Shown here in pieces: positions 14,147 through 27,637 of a DNA stretch of 64,000 bases (the first letter of the stretch is position 1; each line of letters starts with the position of its first letter). The DNA is from Amoebidium appalachense (Eukaryota; Protista; Ichthyosporea): positions 6,033,921-6,097,920 of the forward strand of contig CAVNZM010000011.1 of the NCBI GenBank assembly GCA_963693365.1, read 5' to 3'. The translations under genes were made by a program, and so were the position numbers. The notes under the pieces were generated by a model. That model made no database searches and was not told where the DNA came from. It worked only from the letters and a program-made list of their open reading frames with translations.

Positions 14147-14853
14147 GGGGGGGGGGGAGGGGGAGAGAGAGAGGGGGAGGGGGGATGTATGCATTAGAGG
14201 GTTGGAAATATGGAGGAGACACCAAAGGACAAGCTACAAAATGTCACAAAAATGGCAACCCCAAAATCAAACAATTAGGCATGCAGGCAGAAGACACTTG
14301 AACAGAGCCCATTATCAGGGGGGTTCCTATGCCTCCATAAAAGTATGGGTTTCGACTCTTTAACCTCTTGCGCGTGGTTCACAACCCATACTTTGTTTCA
14401 ACAGCAATAGGCGAGTCCACCCGTCTTGGCCAAAGACGAGCAGAATTGTTCAAGGAGCAGCAATCTAAGAACACAGAGTCTACAAAATTTGCAAGCAGAC
14501 AAAAACAAAGAAAACAAGCAGAGAAATAGAGCATAAGCCGGGTTTCTACAAAGCTCCCCGACTCCCTAACCTCTAGAGAAGGGGAGGGAGGGGAAGGTGG
14601 GGGGTGGAGGGGGGGGGGGGGGGGGGAAGGGGAAGGGGGGTTTCTGCACTAACCTTCACCTTGTCCTCTCCCACGGGCTCGCCCCACACCCTCACATCCT
14701 TCTCATAGAATGCATACGTGACTGTCTCTTCCCCCTCCCTGCTCTCGATCTTGCCGCTCGGTGCCTCCCTTCCGTAGTTTGCACGGCCAGACACGAGCCC
14801 CTTCACTACTACACCCTCCTTGCGTCCCTCGGCTATCTCCTGTGTGTTTGTGT

Positions 14854-14884
<31 letters not shown>

Positions 14885-14993
14885 GGGGGGGGGGAGAGGG
14901 GAGTCGTAGTGTGTGTGGGGTGGTGGTGGTGGTAATGGCGGTGGTGGTGGTGGTGGTGGTGGGGGGGGGGGGGGGGAGGGGAAACGGAGGTGT

Positions 14994-15024
<31 letters not shown>

Positions 15025-15074
15025 GGTTGCGTGCGCGCGTGTTTGTGTGTTTGTGTGCGTGTGTGTGTGCGTGT

Positions 15075-15162
<88 letters not shown>

Positions 15163-15413
15163 GTTTTGTTTATTTTTGGGGGCGAGGTTTTCTGGGGTGA
15201 TGAAAGGGGAATGAGAGGCATATGGGGATGGTGACACGTGTGGGAATGGAAAGGGAAGGAGGGATGGGGGCCGGGGCGGGGGGGGAGTGCATGTGTATGT
15301 GTGTTTGTGTGTGTGTGTGTGTGTGTGGGAGGGGGGGGGGGTTAGAATGCAACACACATTCAAGAACGACAGTGACAGCACAGATTTTTCAAAGCACAAG
15401 AGAAAAGGAGAGG

Positions 15414-15447
<34 letters not shown>

Positions 15448-16297
15448 AAACATGTGTTACAGGATACGAAGTACACGCTCACGGCGAACAACACAATGCA
15501 AATCCTGTGAGGAGAGCACACACAAAGGTTTTGCACCGAAAGTAGAGCACATCTTTAAGTTGGTTGGTGTTTTTATTTCTTTTTTTATTTTATTTATTTA
15601 TTTTCTTTTTTTTTGGGGGGGGGGGGGAGGGAGGGGGGTGGGCACACACAGGCGATGCATGGAACGGGGGGTAGCGGGGGGAGGGGGGGGGGGGGGGGGG
15701 GGGGGGGAGGTTTGAATGCGGAACACGGTACGAAGTACGCATACACGAAGGACACATGCAAAGGCAAACATTCAAGTATGCAACATAGCCATGCGCACAG
15801 TATGCGTCATAAGCAGAGCCCATCCTCAGGGAGGGACCAAGTCATCAATTGCGTCTGAGTTTCGACCCCTTAGCCCGCGTATATACGACTCTCCAACTCA
15901 GACAGCAGCATCAACTGAACTTGGGAGGGTCAAAACGGGGGGGGGGGGGGGGGGGGGGGAGGAAAGGAGGATATCGAGTACGTCATTAAGTACGAAGTAC
16001 ACATAAGCAACCGACAACACGATGCAGAGTGCAAAGCACACATAAAGAGTATTGATAATAAGCAGAGCCCATCCTAAGGGGAGGCCCACGCCATCCACAG
16101 TACCCGTCTTTCGACCCATTCACCTCGTCAACGAAACCCAACTCAGATACTGTTTCACTTGAACATGGGTGGGTCACCCGTCTTGATCAGAAACGAGCAG
16201 GGTTACTTATGTGAGCACGCAACAGGCAGGGGCAGTGGGAAAGGCCGGGGGTTAAAGTTGCAGCAGTAAGCATAAGCAAGAAAAATATAGATAAGAG

Positions 16298-16349
<52 letters not shown>

Positions 16350-16812
16350 TACGTCGAGTGCGCCAAGGGGAAGCACTTTAACCGTAGCAGCCACGGTCTC
16401 TCTCTGTCTCTTCTTCTCGCTGTATGACACCTCCATGCCCACCTCTAGAGCATTCACGTCACCGTCATACTCCGAGTAGTGGAAGAAAATGTCGGGTAGG
16501 TCGGAGTCTTTGCTCATAGGCTGTGTATAGGGGATTGTTGAATGTGTGTGTTTGTGGGTGTGTGTGTGTGTGTGTCTGGGGGGGGGGGGGGGGGGGGGGG
16601 GGGAGGGGGGGGAGGGTGACGGGGAGGTGTGTGTGTGTGTGTGTGTTGGGGGGGGGGGGGGGGGGGATGTGTGTGTGTGTGGGGGGGGGGGGGGGGGGGG
16701 GGGGAGGGTGGGGAGGAGGGTGTGTGTGTGTGTGGGGGGGGGGGGGGGGAGAGGGGGAGGGAGGGAGGGAGGGGTGTGTGTGTGTGTGTGTGGGGGGGGG
16801 GGGAGGAGGTGT

Positions 16813-16843
<31 letters not shown>

Positions 16844-17307
16844 GAGGGGGGGGGGGGGAAGGAACGGGTGAAGTGGGGAAGGGAAAGGGTAGACGAGTCA
16901 GCAAGTCAGAGAGAGGAGGTCACAGAAGATGGAAGGAAGTGCATGATTGGACGCACTTATGTTGTTTTACGTTTTTTGCCGTGTTTATCCCGGCCATAGC
17001 CAGAGAAATGCCACAGTAGGATTACAGAGAGAAGGACGGGGGGGGGGGGGGGGGGGGGGGGGGGGAAGGGGGATGGGAGGGGAAGGGGGAGGGGGAGGAG
17101 TAGCATGACATGAAAAATGCCATGCCATTTCACGTGCAATGTGCATGCTGTTTCTGATGCCGGAAAACAGAAGGAAAAAAGGAGAGGGGGAGGGGAGAGG
17201 GGGGGGGGGGGGGGGGGGAGGGGAAGTGGGTTCCCCCCCCCCCCCCCCCCCCTCTCACCTTTTGTGTGTGTGTGTATGTGTGACTGTGTGTGAGTGAGTG
17301 AGTGTGT

Positions 17308-17360
<53 letters not shown>

Positions 17361-17508
17361 TACCTTGATGAAGCCGAACTTATCCTTTAGCGATGCAATG
17401 TTGCCGTACACTGGAGACCAGCAACACAGTGAGTGCACACACAATAGTACACATCCCCCTCCCCCCCCCCCCCCCCCCCGAAGAAAGAAAAAAGTAACCC
17501 CTTGTGGT

Positions 17509-17542
<34 letters not shown>

Positions 17543-18001
17543 CGTGCACGCGCGCGCACACACGTGCCCGTGTGTATGTGTTGTGTACGTGCAAAAAGGT
17601 ATGTGTTTGACTATCTCTGCTTGCCTACATGGTTATGCACGAGCCCACTTGCACAGACAGCAGTTTGCATGTGTGTGTAACACAAGATGCACGTGTGTGT
17701 CTCTTTCTGTGTGTGTGTTTTTTTTTTGGGGGGGGGGGGGGGGGGATGAGAGAAAGAGATAAAAGAGAAGGGAGGGGATCGGGATGCGAATGCTGCGAGC
17801 GGGAGGGAGGGAGGGAGGGAGAGAGAGACAGGGAGAGAGAGAGTGTGTGTGTGAGTGTCTGTGGGTGGTAGGGAGGCAGTGAGGGAAGGAGTGAGAAGAA
17901 GGGGGAAGGGGGAGGGGGGGTTTGTGTGTGTTGTATGTGTGTGACGAAAAAGAGCGCAGAGATCACAGAGACACAAAGCGAGAACACTGGAGACAAACGC
18001 C

Positions 18002-18036
<35 letters not shown>

Positions 18037-18348
18037 CCAGACACAGACACAGACACAGACACACGTACATAGCGGGGGCATAGCCCTCTCCACCAACACC
18101 AAATCCACGGCCCTCCTCATTCCGTTCCTCTTGTCCGTTGCCACGTTAAACTCCACCCTATCCCCCTTCTTCAGTTCGCACGTGGGGTCTGTTTGGTCCT
18201 GTGCGTGGAACACGGCAATCTCCTTTTTGCCGTCCGGTAGTTGGTACCGCACACGACCTGGGTCCCCTCCTGTAAACGTGCAATTAATAGTAAGAATGGG
18301 TGAGAGATGAGTGTGGAAGTGGTGGGAACTGGTTAGAGATGAGTGTGT

Positions 18349-18394
<46 letters not shown>

Positions 18395-18737
18395 AGTTCG
18401 TAGCGAACACGACCTGGTTTACTCCATGTAGAAGCGGAAAAAGAAGGAGAAATGGGTGGGAGTTGGTGAGAGGCGAGTGTGTGGGGATGTGCGCGTGTAT
18501 GTGTGGGGTGGGAGTAGGGGTATTGGGGTTGGGGGTGGGGGTGAGGGGAGGAGGAGAGGGGGAGAGGGGTGGAGGGGGGAAGGGGGGAAGGGTGGGGATG
18601 TGTGTGTGTGTTTATGTGTGTGTGCGAGCGTGCGCGTGCCTGCAAAAGGTTGGGAAGGGTGGGAAATGGTGAGGGATGAGTGTGGGGATGTGTGTGAATG
18701 AGTGCGAAGTCGGAATGACAAAATGAACGTGAGCGTA

Positions 18738-18778
<41 letters not shown>

Positions 18779-18995
18779 TTGCACCTTTGTGTGACGAAAG
18801 TGCGCGGTTGGTAAAAACAGTGAGAGGCAGGGAGGGGAGTAGGTAAAGGAGGGGGGGGGGGGGGGGGGGGGTACATGAGCGTGCATTTCGGATTGTGTGT
18901 GAGGAGTGGGGGCCAAAGGGAAGGTGTGGTGGTGGTGGCAGTGGTAGTGAAAGGGGGGAGGGGGGGGGGGCTCTTATGTGTGTGCGTGTGTGCGC

Positions 18996-19073
<78 letters not shown>

Positions 19074-19951
19074 GGGTGCGTGTGTGTGGGCATCTGTGTT
19101 TGGCTGTGTGTATGTCTGTGTGCGTGTGCGTGTGAGGGGGTGCGTGTGTGTGGGCATCTGTGTTTGGCTGTGTGTATGTCTATGTGTGTGTGTGTGTGTG
19201 CGCGCTCGCGCGCGTGAGAGTGGGTGTGTGTGTGTGTGGGCATTTGTGCTTGGCTGTGTGTATGTCCATAGGTGTGCCTGTCACGTGTGTTATGTAAATG
19301 TGTGTGCCTGTGTATGTACCGGCGCAGGTATGCGCACACATGGTTTCTTGGATGTGTGAAGTTTCCATGCATGTGTTAGAGCGTGCACTGGGCGTGCACA
19401 TGTATATTTTCGTTTCCCTTCTTTTGTTCGTATGAGTGTGCGTGTCTCTTGACTTTATCTTTCGTGCAAAGGCCGGGTGTGTGCACACGTTTGTGTAACT
19501 GTAGGTGTGTAGAGGGCAGAGAAAATCTAAGGAGAATGGGCATGAGAAGGGGGGTAAAAGGGAGGAGGCTTAAAATGCGTGAAACAGGGCAATGTACACA
19601 AAAAACTTACGACTGAGGCAACAACCATGTTACTCAAAAAAGAGGGGCAAAAGCACGAAGACAAAGCATCATATGTAGAACCCATTCCGGGCAGGCGGCG
19701 GAGAGGAGGGAGAAGAAGGGAAGGGGGGTTAGGGCGCGGGGGGAGGGGGGGGGGGGGGGGGGGGGGGGCAGGGGGGGAAAAAAAAACCAAGTTTGCCGTA
19801 GCTTGGACCCCTCCCAAAGACCTCAAAGGTTATGTCGCCCTGCACTCTTTGAGGGTCCACGGTCTGAAAAGAAGAATGGTTAAACAAAGGCCGAAAAAAA
19901 CGGGCGGTCCCCCCCCCCCCCCCCCCCCCCCCCCCCGCCATGTGTGGCGCT

Positions 19952-20029
<78 letters not shown>

Positions 20030-20200
20030 TGTGTGTGCACGTGTGTGTGTGTATGTGGTGGTGGTGGTAGGTGGGGGGGGGGGGGGGGGGGGGGGGGGGT
20101 AGGAGCGTGCCTGTATTGTGTGTGACGTATGTGTATCTGGGCTGTGTGTCTCTTACACTACACGCGTGTGTTGTATGTGTGTGCTTGTGTGTGTGTATGC

Positions 20201-20289
<89 letters not shown>

Positions 20290-21115
20290 TGTGCCTGCGT
20301 GTGCGCGCACGGGCGAGCACCACTGTGTGAACATACATTCATTCTTGTGGTTGTGCGCACCTGTGCACACGCATCTCAAAGTCCAATTGGGGAAGGATGG
20401 AGAAGAACGGGGGGAGGAGGGGAGGGGGGTGGGGGGGTTTGAATGCGAAACACGGTACGAAGTACGCATACACGATGAGAAGCAAGGTGCAGGACACATG
20501 CAAAGGCAAACATTCAAGTATGCAACATAAGCCATGCGCACAGTATGCGTAATAAGCAGAGCCCATCCTCAGGGAGGGCCCAAGTCATCAATTGCGTCTG
20601 AGTTTCGACCCCTTAGCACGCGTATATACGACTCTCCAACTCAGACAGCAGCATCAACTGAACTTGGGAGGGTCAACCCGTCTTGATCAAAGACGAGCAG
20701 GGTGGGGGGGGGGGAGGGAAAGAAAACATTGAAAGAGAAAAAGGAAGGAACACGGGGGGGGGGGGGGGGGGGAGGGGGGGGGGGACAGGACTAAGAACTA
20801 CAACAAAGAATAAAACAAGCCAAAAAAATGTCCTTCCGTGCACCCCGTGAGGAGAACAGAAGTAAGAACATGATAAAGATTAATAAACGCACAAAAACTC
20901 TCTCCCAACACTTACCTCGAAACTGACTGTGCCGGGTGGCAGTGGCACGACATTATAGGCCACCAGCTTGCCCGTGCGGCTGTCTGTGCCCACCGTGAAC
21001 TCCAACCCGTCACCGACACGGAGAGAGTCCACGTCCCCCTGCACGTGACTGTAGTGGAAGAAGATGCGTTGCTGCATGTGTGTGTTTGTGTGTGTGGGTG
21101 TGTGGGGGTGGGTGG

Positions 21116-21161
<46 letters not shown>

Positions 21162-21511
21162 GGGAGGAGGGGGGGGGGGGTGAGGGGGAGAGAAGGGGAG
21201 GAGGAGGGAGGGGAACGGGGGGAGGGGGGGAGAGAGGCAGGGAATGTGTGTGTGTGTGTTGGTGGGGGTTGGTTGGGGGGGGGGGGGGGAGGGGGAGGGG
21301 GAGGAGGTTGGGTGTGTGTGTGTTGGGGGGGGGGGGGAAGGGGGGGGGGGGGGGGGGTTCCGATGTGTGTGCGCGGTGGTGGTGGGGGAGAGGGGGGGGG
21401 GGGGGAGAAGGGAGGTGGGATAAGGGGGGGACGGGGGGGGGGGGGGGGGGGGGGCAGGTGTACGGCAAACGGTAGTGCCCGTGGGTGTGCATGTGTGGGT
21501 GTGTCTGCTGA

Positions 21512-21559
<48 letters not shown>

Positions 21560-22732
21560 TGGCCCGTGAAGGGGGGGGGGGGGGGGGGGGAGGTGTGTCT
21601 GTGTGTGCCCTGGGATGGGGGGGGGGGAGTGTGTGTGTGTGTGTGTGTGTGTGGATGGGGAGGGGGGAAGAAGAGGGAGAAGAAATGTTTGTTGTTGGTT
21701 GGAATTCGTCAGGATACCAAGTACACATTGACGATGGACAACACAGATTATGCCAAAGAGAACACATAAAAAGTATGACCACAAGTACACCCCATTCTCA
21801 GAGGGGACACAAGCTAACCTTCACACGGGAGGATTTTGTTGCCCCCCCCCCCCCCCCCCAAAAAAAAAATGACCCGGGGTTACATATAAATGCCGACGAT
21901 TACCTTCCTCCCTCCCCCCCCCCCCCCCCCCCCCGGCAGATGTGCGAAGAAGGAACAACAACAAAAAAAAATTGGAAAAAAAAAAACACCATTTCCGTTT
22001 CTCTTTTCAGGTCGACACACAGAGAAACAATCATCTCCCTCCTCCCTCTCCGCCCGTACACATACACCCCTCACACCTACACACACTGGCACCACCGCCA
22101 CCAACCCAAATGACACATGCTGGGTGTGAATGTACACACAAACCGACACACACACATTCACACACACACACACACAACAGCCTCCTCCCTCCCCCCGCCC
22201 CCCCCCTTCCCCCCTTTCACCCTTCCTCCCCGGACCGCCGAGCTAAGATACAAGAGGGAAAAAAGAAAGGAAAAAAAAAAAAAAAAAAAAAACAAGAAGA
22301 AAGAAAGAAACAAAGAAAAAAAATCACCCACCGGCTTCTCGACACACTCAATAAAGCCATAGTTGTCTGTCAGCTTGTCCACAATGCCGTATTCCCGAGG
22401 ATCGTCCTGTGACGTTTCATACCTCTGTCCCCCTCCTCCCCTGCACACACACACGTCTTCAGCGAAATTTCACTGTGACATCCTTCTGGTTACCCCATCC
22501 CCCCCACCCCCCCCCACCCCGCCCCCCACCCCTCCCCCCCACCCCCCCACAACATTCACCCACCCACCCCACACTCCCCGTGTATACGTGATCAACTCCA
22601 CACATTCCATCATGCGGGTAGCAAAGGGACACAGAGATATGAAGGCATTACACCCTCCCCCTCCCCCCTCCGGCCTCTCCCCCTGTCTCTCTCCCTCTCC
22701 CCCCCCTCTCTCCCCCGCCCCAACTCCCCCCC

Positions 22733-22789
<57 letters not shown>

Positions 22790-23777
22790 CTACCCCCCCC
22801 CCCCCCACCCCCTCATTTGCCCCCCCTCCCCTCCCCGGTCCACCGCTCTCTCTCCCCCCCCTCCTCCCACACACACACCCAACCACACAACGTTCTATGC
22901 CAACACGGCCTGGATGTAGCACTCACCTTCCACCGACGCTTCTCCTATCGTCTCTCCCATCACGTCGATCCCCACCTCGTCCACCTGAAAAAACATTCAT
23001 CAGGACTTGACATCTGCCCAGAAATGTGTATACCCCCCCAGAAATGTGTATAGAGCCATGCTTGAAGGTTCACTTTTAGAGAGAAACAAACAAGCTACCA
23101 GCAGAAGTAACTCAAGAACAAGCGCCCTGTACGCAAAAAAGGGGGAGAGATATGAAAGGATCACGGGGAGATCAAACACTTTTCAACGGTAATACACTAA
23201 CATCATAAAGAGTAGGTCCAAGCCTGTTCTTTCTGAAGGAGCTTTCAAGTTTGTAGGTGTGGGTTCCAAATGAACGAGCCGGGGGAGGAGCGCAGAGGGA
23301 AGGGAGAGAGAGGGGGAGGGGGGGGGGGGGGGGGGGGGGGGGATGGGGGGGAGGGGAGGAAGCAAGAATAAGGGGGAATGTTCAAGTGAGTTTGCACCTG
23401 ATTCCACTTATGATATAGCTGGGTATGTAAGCCAAAGTAGCAATGTGCCAAAATTCAGTAGCTATAGGCACAAGCATGCAAAACGGAGAACGACGGTAGG
23501 TTGGGAGCAGACATGTGTGCAAAATTACAGAAGGGGGAAGGGGGAGGGATCAATGGCTGCAAACGGTTCCATCAACAAGAGCATCAGAACATGCTACTGA
23601 AATTTCTTTGATGCACCTATAAGAAACATATGATAGTGTAAGCGTGCCAAAAGCCAATAACACGATCACGATCACTAACCCTTGGTTAACCAAACAGCAA
23701 CACCCACCTGAGGTTCCCTGACGTGGAGAGTCTGCAAAGCTGTTCCACGCACCCCTTCCTCTACCACGGCCGTCCAT
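6972..23777 (-). CDS. CSDE1: Cold-shock-domain protein E1 / Unr orthologue, multi-exon
   Basis: Phase-consistent GT-AG exons at 23708-23777, 22927-22984, 22332-22440, 20916-21071, ~19800-19863 (donor uncertain), 18069-18269, 17364-17410, 16353-16520, 14654-14839, 13155-13242, 12211-12337, 11517-11628, 10206-10403, 8966-9112, 8131-~8221 (acceptor uncertain, a small exon may be missing) and 6972-7218. Repeated cold-shock motifs ([27 protein letters not shown]; [22 protein letters not shown]) and a C-terminal SUZ-C motif [12 protein letters not shown]. Confidence 0.9.
7655..7820 (-). mobile_element. Degenerate family D copy of the structured poly(C)-associated element
   Basis: Minus strand keeps GGTC-GAAA, a C-run and ...ACGA-TGGGCTCTGTTCGAG, as in families A-C; the CUGANGA box is decayed. 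Confidence 0.55.
8455..8603 (-). mobile_element. Family C element, 5'-truncated
   Basis: Homologous to 14185-14333; carries intact CTGATGA-TGGGCTCTGTTCAAG; flanked by G/C runs. Confidence 0.8.
12867..13092 (-). mobile_element. Family A element, 5'-truncated
   Basis: Near-identical to 54154-54362; ends ...cattcaaa + C run; a fragment of another copy's 5' hairpin lies at about 12827-12846. Confidence 0.9.
14185..14454 (-). mobile_element. Family C element with complete structured domain (14297-14454)
   Basis: Same ordered motifs as families A/B but different, compensating helix sequences; core box reads CTGATAA in this copy. Confidence 0.85.
15711..15933 (-). mobile_element. Family A element, 5'-truncated
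   Basis: Near-identical to other A copies; 3' end abuts a C run. Confidence 0.9.
15968..16212 (-). mobile_element. Family B element with complete but partly decayed structured domain (16058-16210)
   Basis: Homologous to 27967-28180 and 47496-47700; includes the 5' hairpin and closing stem; core box mutated to CTTAGGA. Confidence 0.85.
20438..20703 (-). mobile_element. Family A element
   Basis: Intact CTGAGGA (20566-20572), GAAAC (20602-20606) and GTT (20638-20640) on the minus strand; G/C runs on both sides. Confidence 0.9.
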
Positions 23778-23904
23778 TTTAGATAACTGCTAATGTATGT
23801 TAAGAACGAATGGGATATATATACATATATCTGCTTTATAAAGGCCTTAGCTAGCTTTCGGATTCACAGGTGACTTTAACCTGACAAAGATCTCCCGCGG
23901 TTAT

Positions 23905-24292
23905 ATATACTGCGAGTGTGTTTATGCCGCTTGCTCTAAGTTTCCGTGGCGTGACACAGACAGCAACAAAACCCTACGCAACCATGAGATTCAGGAAAAC
24001 TACGTACAAAGCCAGAAAAACGAGCTCGGGGAAGGAAACATGAGCACAGCTATACCTTGTCCTTATACCACTTCTGTGCGTATGCACATGTGTGGGATGG
24101 CAGACTGCAAAAAAAAAAATTGCACATGTGAGATTGTGGCGTGACGTCACGATTCAGAATTGTGCCGGCGGATCGACTATAGGCTATACTCGATTGCGAC
24201 TGCATATTTGGCATTAGGCGAGGACTTCAAGCTGTACCACTTTCGAAATTCATTTTAGGGCCGGCACTTCAAGTTCATAGATCTATTGGGGG

Positions 24293-24326
<34 letters not shown>

Positions 24327-26200
24327 AATGTGCTGTAACGACATGTACGTACAAAGGTGAGCTGTGATGAGTTGTCGGCACCAAGGCCAACAGTATATTC
24401 CGGCAACAAGATATACATGTACATACCCTTACACCAAACAGATTTTTATGTGGGATAACTTGGCATATCAGATAGACATCAGATGTGGAGATAAACCGTT
24501 TTTTTTATATCTTGTTTTTCTTGTTTTTGTTTTCAAGTACACATTAATCCGTATTCTGAGACTTTTTTATTTTATTTATTTTATCACGTTTTGTTCCCGG
24601 AGGGTCTTTTCAGGCCCTCTAGGGAAACTACCGTCTTAGACTACCACCCAGCACCGATAGTACACTAGTTATGGTGCTATCTATGAGTTCAGCTAAGCTA
24701 AACCGTCCTTCACAACCTAACTATAAGTACACACTTTGCCCAGGGCTACTACCCCAGCCACGCCACACACAAAGCCAGAAAAACGAGTTCGGGGAAGGAA
24801 ACATGAACACAGCTATACCTTGTCCTTATACCACTTCTGTGCGCATGCGCATGTGTGGGATGACAGACTGCAAAAAAAAAAAATTGCACATGTGAGATTG
24901 TGGCGTGACGTCACGATTCAGAATTGTGCCTGCGGATCGACTGTAAAAGTATAGGCTTTATTCGACTATAGCTACGACTGCATATTTGGCATTAGGCGGG
25001 GACTTCAAGCTGTACCACTTTCGAAATTCATTTTAGGCACTTCAAGTTCATAGATCTATGGGGGGGGGGGGGGGAGGGGGGGGGGGCTGAGGGGAGGGGC
25101 CGCGCCGGCGGGGGGGGGGAGGGGGGGGGGGGGGGGGACATATGGCCATATGGGAGGGGGGGGGGGGGGGATGTGCTGTAACGACATGTACGTACAAAGG
25201 TGAGCTGTGATGAGTTGTCGGCACCAAGGCCAACAGTATATTCGACCCAACAAGATATACATGTACATACCCTTACACCAAACAAAAAAAACTTTTATGT
25301 GGGATAACTTGGCGTATCAGTTAGACATCAGATGTGGAGATACACCGTTTTTTTTTTTTATCTTGTTTTTTCTTGTTTTTGTTTTCAAGTACACATTAAT
25401 CCGTATTCTGAGACTGTATTACATTTACTAACGGTCCAGATAATCCGTACACTTTTGGAACAGTAGAAACTCGCCAGAGTTAAGTATGAAATCAAGCACG
25501 ATGAAATTCGGTAGGTCTTTCACTGTCTCACGTGTATGGGCCCGGGTATATTTAAACCAGGTGTGCCATTGTCGTTTAAATTGGTGTGGTGTGTTGTTTG
25601 GTGTAGGGCATAAATATCTGTAAACTTTATATTTGAATTTGTTACATCTCCACTGTAAAGCCTTCACACAGTAAGAAAACGGCAACTCATATACAAACTG
25701 GTCTATTAGAGGTAGCTATAGTACCCACACGCTCACTAATAATATTGTACATATATCTGGGGGACAGTTCCTTACCCTTTCCATATTCACGCAACTGTTC
25801 TGAACGATAACTATAAAGGAAACGATCTATTCTACAGTCACTTTTTAACCTGGGGGAGCTCAGCAGAAAAGGCCGTGAGCACTCGAGTGATAAAAGGCCA
25901 AAAAAAAACAAAAAAAACTGATGTCTAGTCGTGTGTAGTGCCTATTATATACTGGGAGTGTGTTTATGCCGATTGCTTTAAGTTTCCGTGGCGTGACACA
26001 GACAGGAAAAAAACCCTACGCAACCATGAGATTATGGAAAACTACATAAATTGCACAGGTGAGAATGTGTCGTGACGTCACGATTCAGAAGTGCCTGCGC
26101 CGATCGTCAATAGGCTTTACTCGATTACAGCTGCATATTTGGCATTAGGCGAGGACTTCAAGCTGTACCACTTTCATTTTTAGGCACTTTCATAGCTCTA
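23905..26200. repeat. Locally triplicated block in the CSDE1/PTS divergent intergenic region
   Basis: Copies at about 23905-24562, 24768-25414 and a deleted copy at 25945-26200 share long near-identical stretches, each with the palindrome cgtgacgtcacg. Confidence 0.9.
25428..25911 (-). mobile_element. Possible decayed 3' end of a non-LTR retrotransposon ORF
   Basis: Microsatellite-free stretch with broken ORFs ending ...LPNFIVLDFILNSGEFLLFQKCTDYLDR*, reminiscent of LINE ORF2 C-termini; no diagnostic motif. Confidence 0.3.
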
Positions 26201-26535
26201 TTCTACAATCGCTTTTAGCCTGGGGGGGCTAAGTCTAAAAACACGGGGGGCCGTACGCGTGAGCTGATAAAAAGCACAAAAAAAAAAACAAAAAAAAAAA
26301 AACTGTTATGACATATCTTAGTTTTTCGCAAAGAGTGTGCCTATATATGTATATAAAAGAATTAGCGTGGACACACCCGGACACAAGGCCACGCCGTTCC
26401 CTTTCCTTCGTTTCAAGATCTCTGCCAGAATCAGTTCCTCTAAGTCTCCGAAACCATTCGGTTGTAAACCTTGGTTGTTCTTTCTGGTGTTTGTAGGGTA
26501 TAATCCTTGTCGCTCAAGCACACACATCTTACAAA

Positions 26536-26993
26536 ATGACTAGTCAAAACCCGAACGGCGCTAGGCGTCCTGTAGCATATATTTCACGTGTGGAAACATT
26601 TAGCGCCAGCCACAGGCTACACAGTCCACATCTTAGTGACGAAGAAAATGCAGCCCTTTTTGGAAAGTGTAATAACCCAAACGGCCACGGACATAACTAT
26701 AAAGGTGAGGCATTGCTTGCATCTGCCCCATATACGCGCAATGCACGAGTAAGCGTGCTGTTGCAGACACGTGTACACAGGGAGACGAAGCACGCACACA
26801 CTCCGAGTGCTTGGCCATTCATGTTCAGGTGTCTCCTTGGATTCGGTCATAGCCACACATGAACGGGTGATGTTTATCGTTTTATTTTGCATGGCCTTAG
26901 CATGGATGGAACATCGGAACAGTGAAGAAAAATATAAAATAACCCGTTGCATTCTTGGCAACCGAATAGCAACCAGGGATTCTTTTTTCCTGC

Positions 26994-27029
<36 letters not shown>

Positions 27030-27570
27030 TCTGGCTAAGAAAGAGACCATGACAAGCACGAGCTTTAACACCTGGAGGGAGTGGGATAGAAGAGGTTCGA
27101 AGGGGCCGGCGTGATCACGGGAGGGAAGTAAGGTGCAGTACCGAAAAAGGCGGTTAGGGGGTGTGGCGGGAGGAAGGCAGTACGAAAAAGTTAAAGGCTT
27201 CACGCGGTTTCCCTTCTTTACCTATACATTTATTGATTTGTTTTTGTTTTTTTTGTTTCCGTGTTTATTATTTATTTGTTAATTTTATTTTATTTTTAGG
27301 GGGGGAGGAGGGGGAGGGGAGGGGGGAGGGGGGGGGGGGGGGGGGAAGGCACATGGGGTGAGAAGACGGGTCTTGAAGGAAAAGGGAAGACATGGGCAGA
27401 GGGGAATGGGGGGGGGAGGGGGAGGGGGGGCTTGAAAACGACAGCCAAATGGGTTGTTCTTGCCACGCTAGTGTGTGCACTTGGTGCATTTTTGTTGTCT
27501 TTTCTTCATTCTGACTGGGCGCTGGTGGCTTCCTAAACAGGGCGAAGACACAAAACTCGAGGCACACACA

Positions 27571-27637
<67 letters not shown>

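Noticed and set aside
20560-20660. Box C/D snoRNA reading of family A (UGAUGA ... CUGA)
   Set aside because: UGAUGA is not conserved in family C, spacing is wrong, and the motifs are better explained as a k-turn strand and a hammerhead core.
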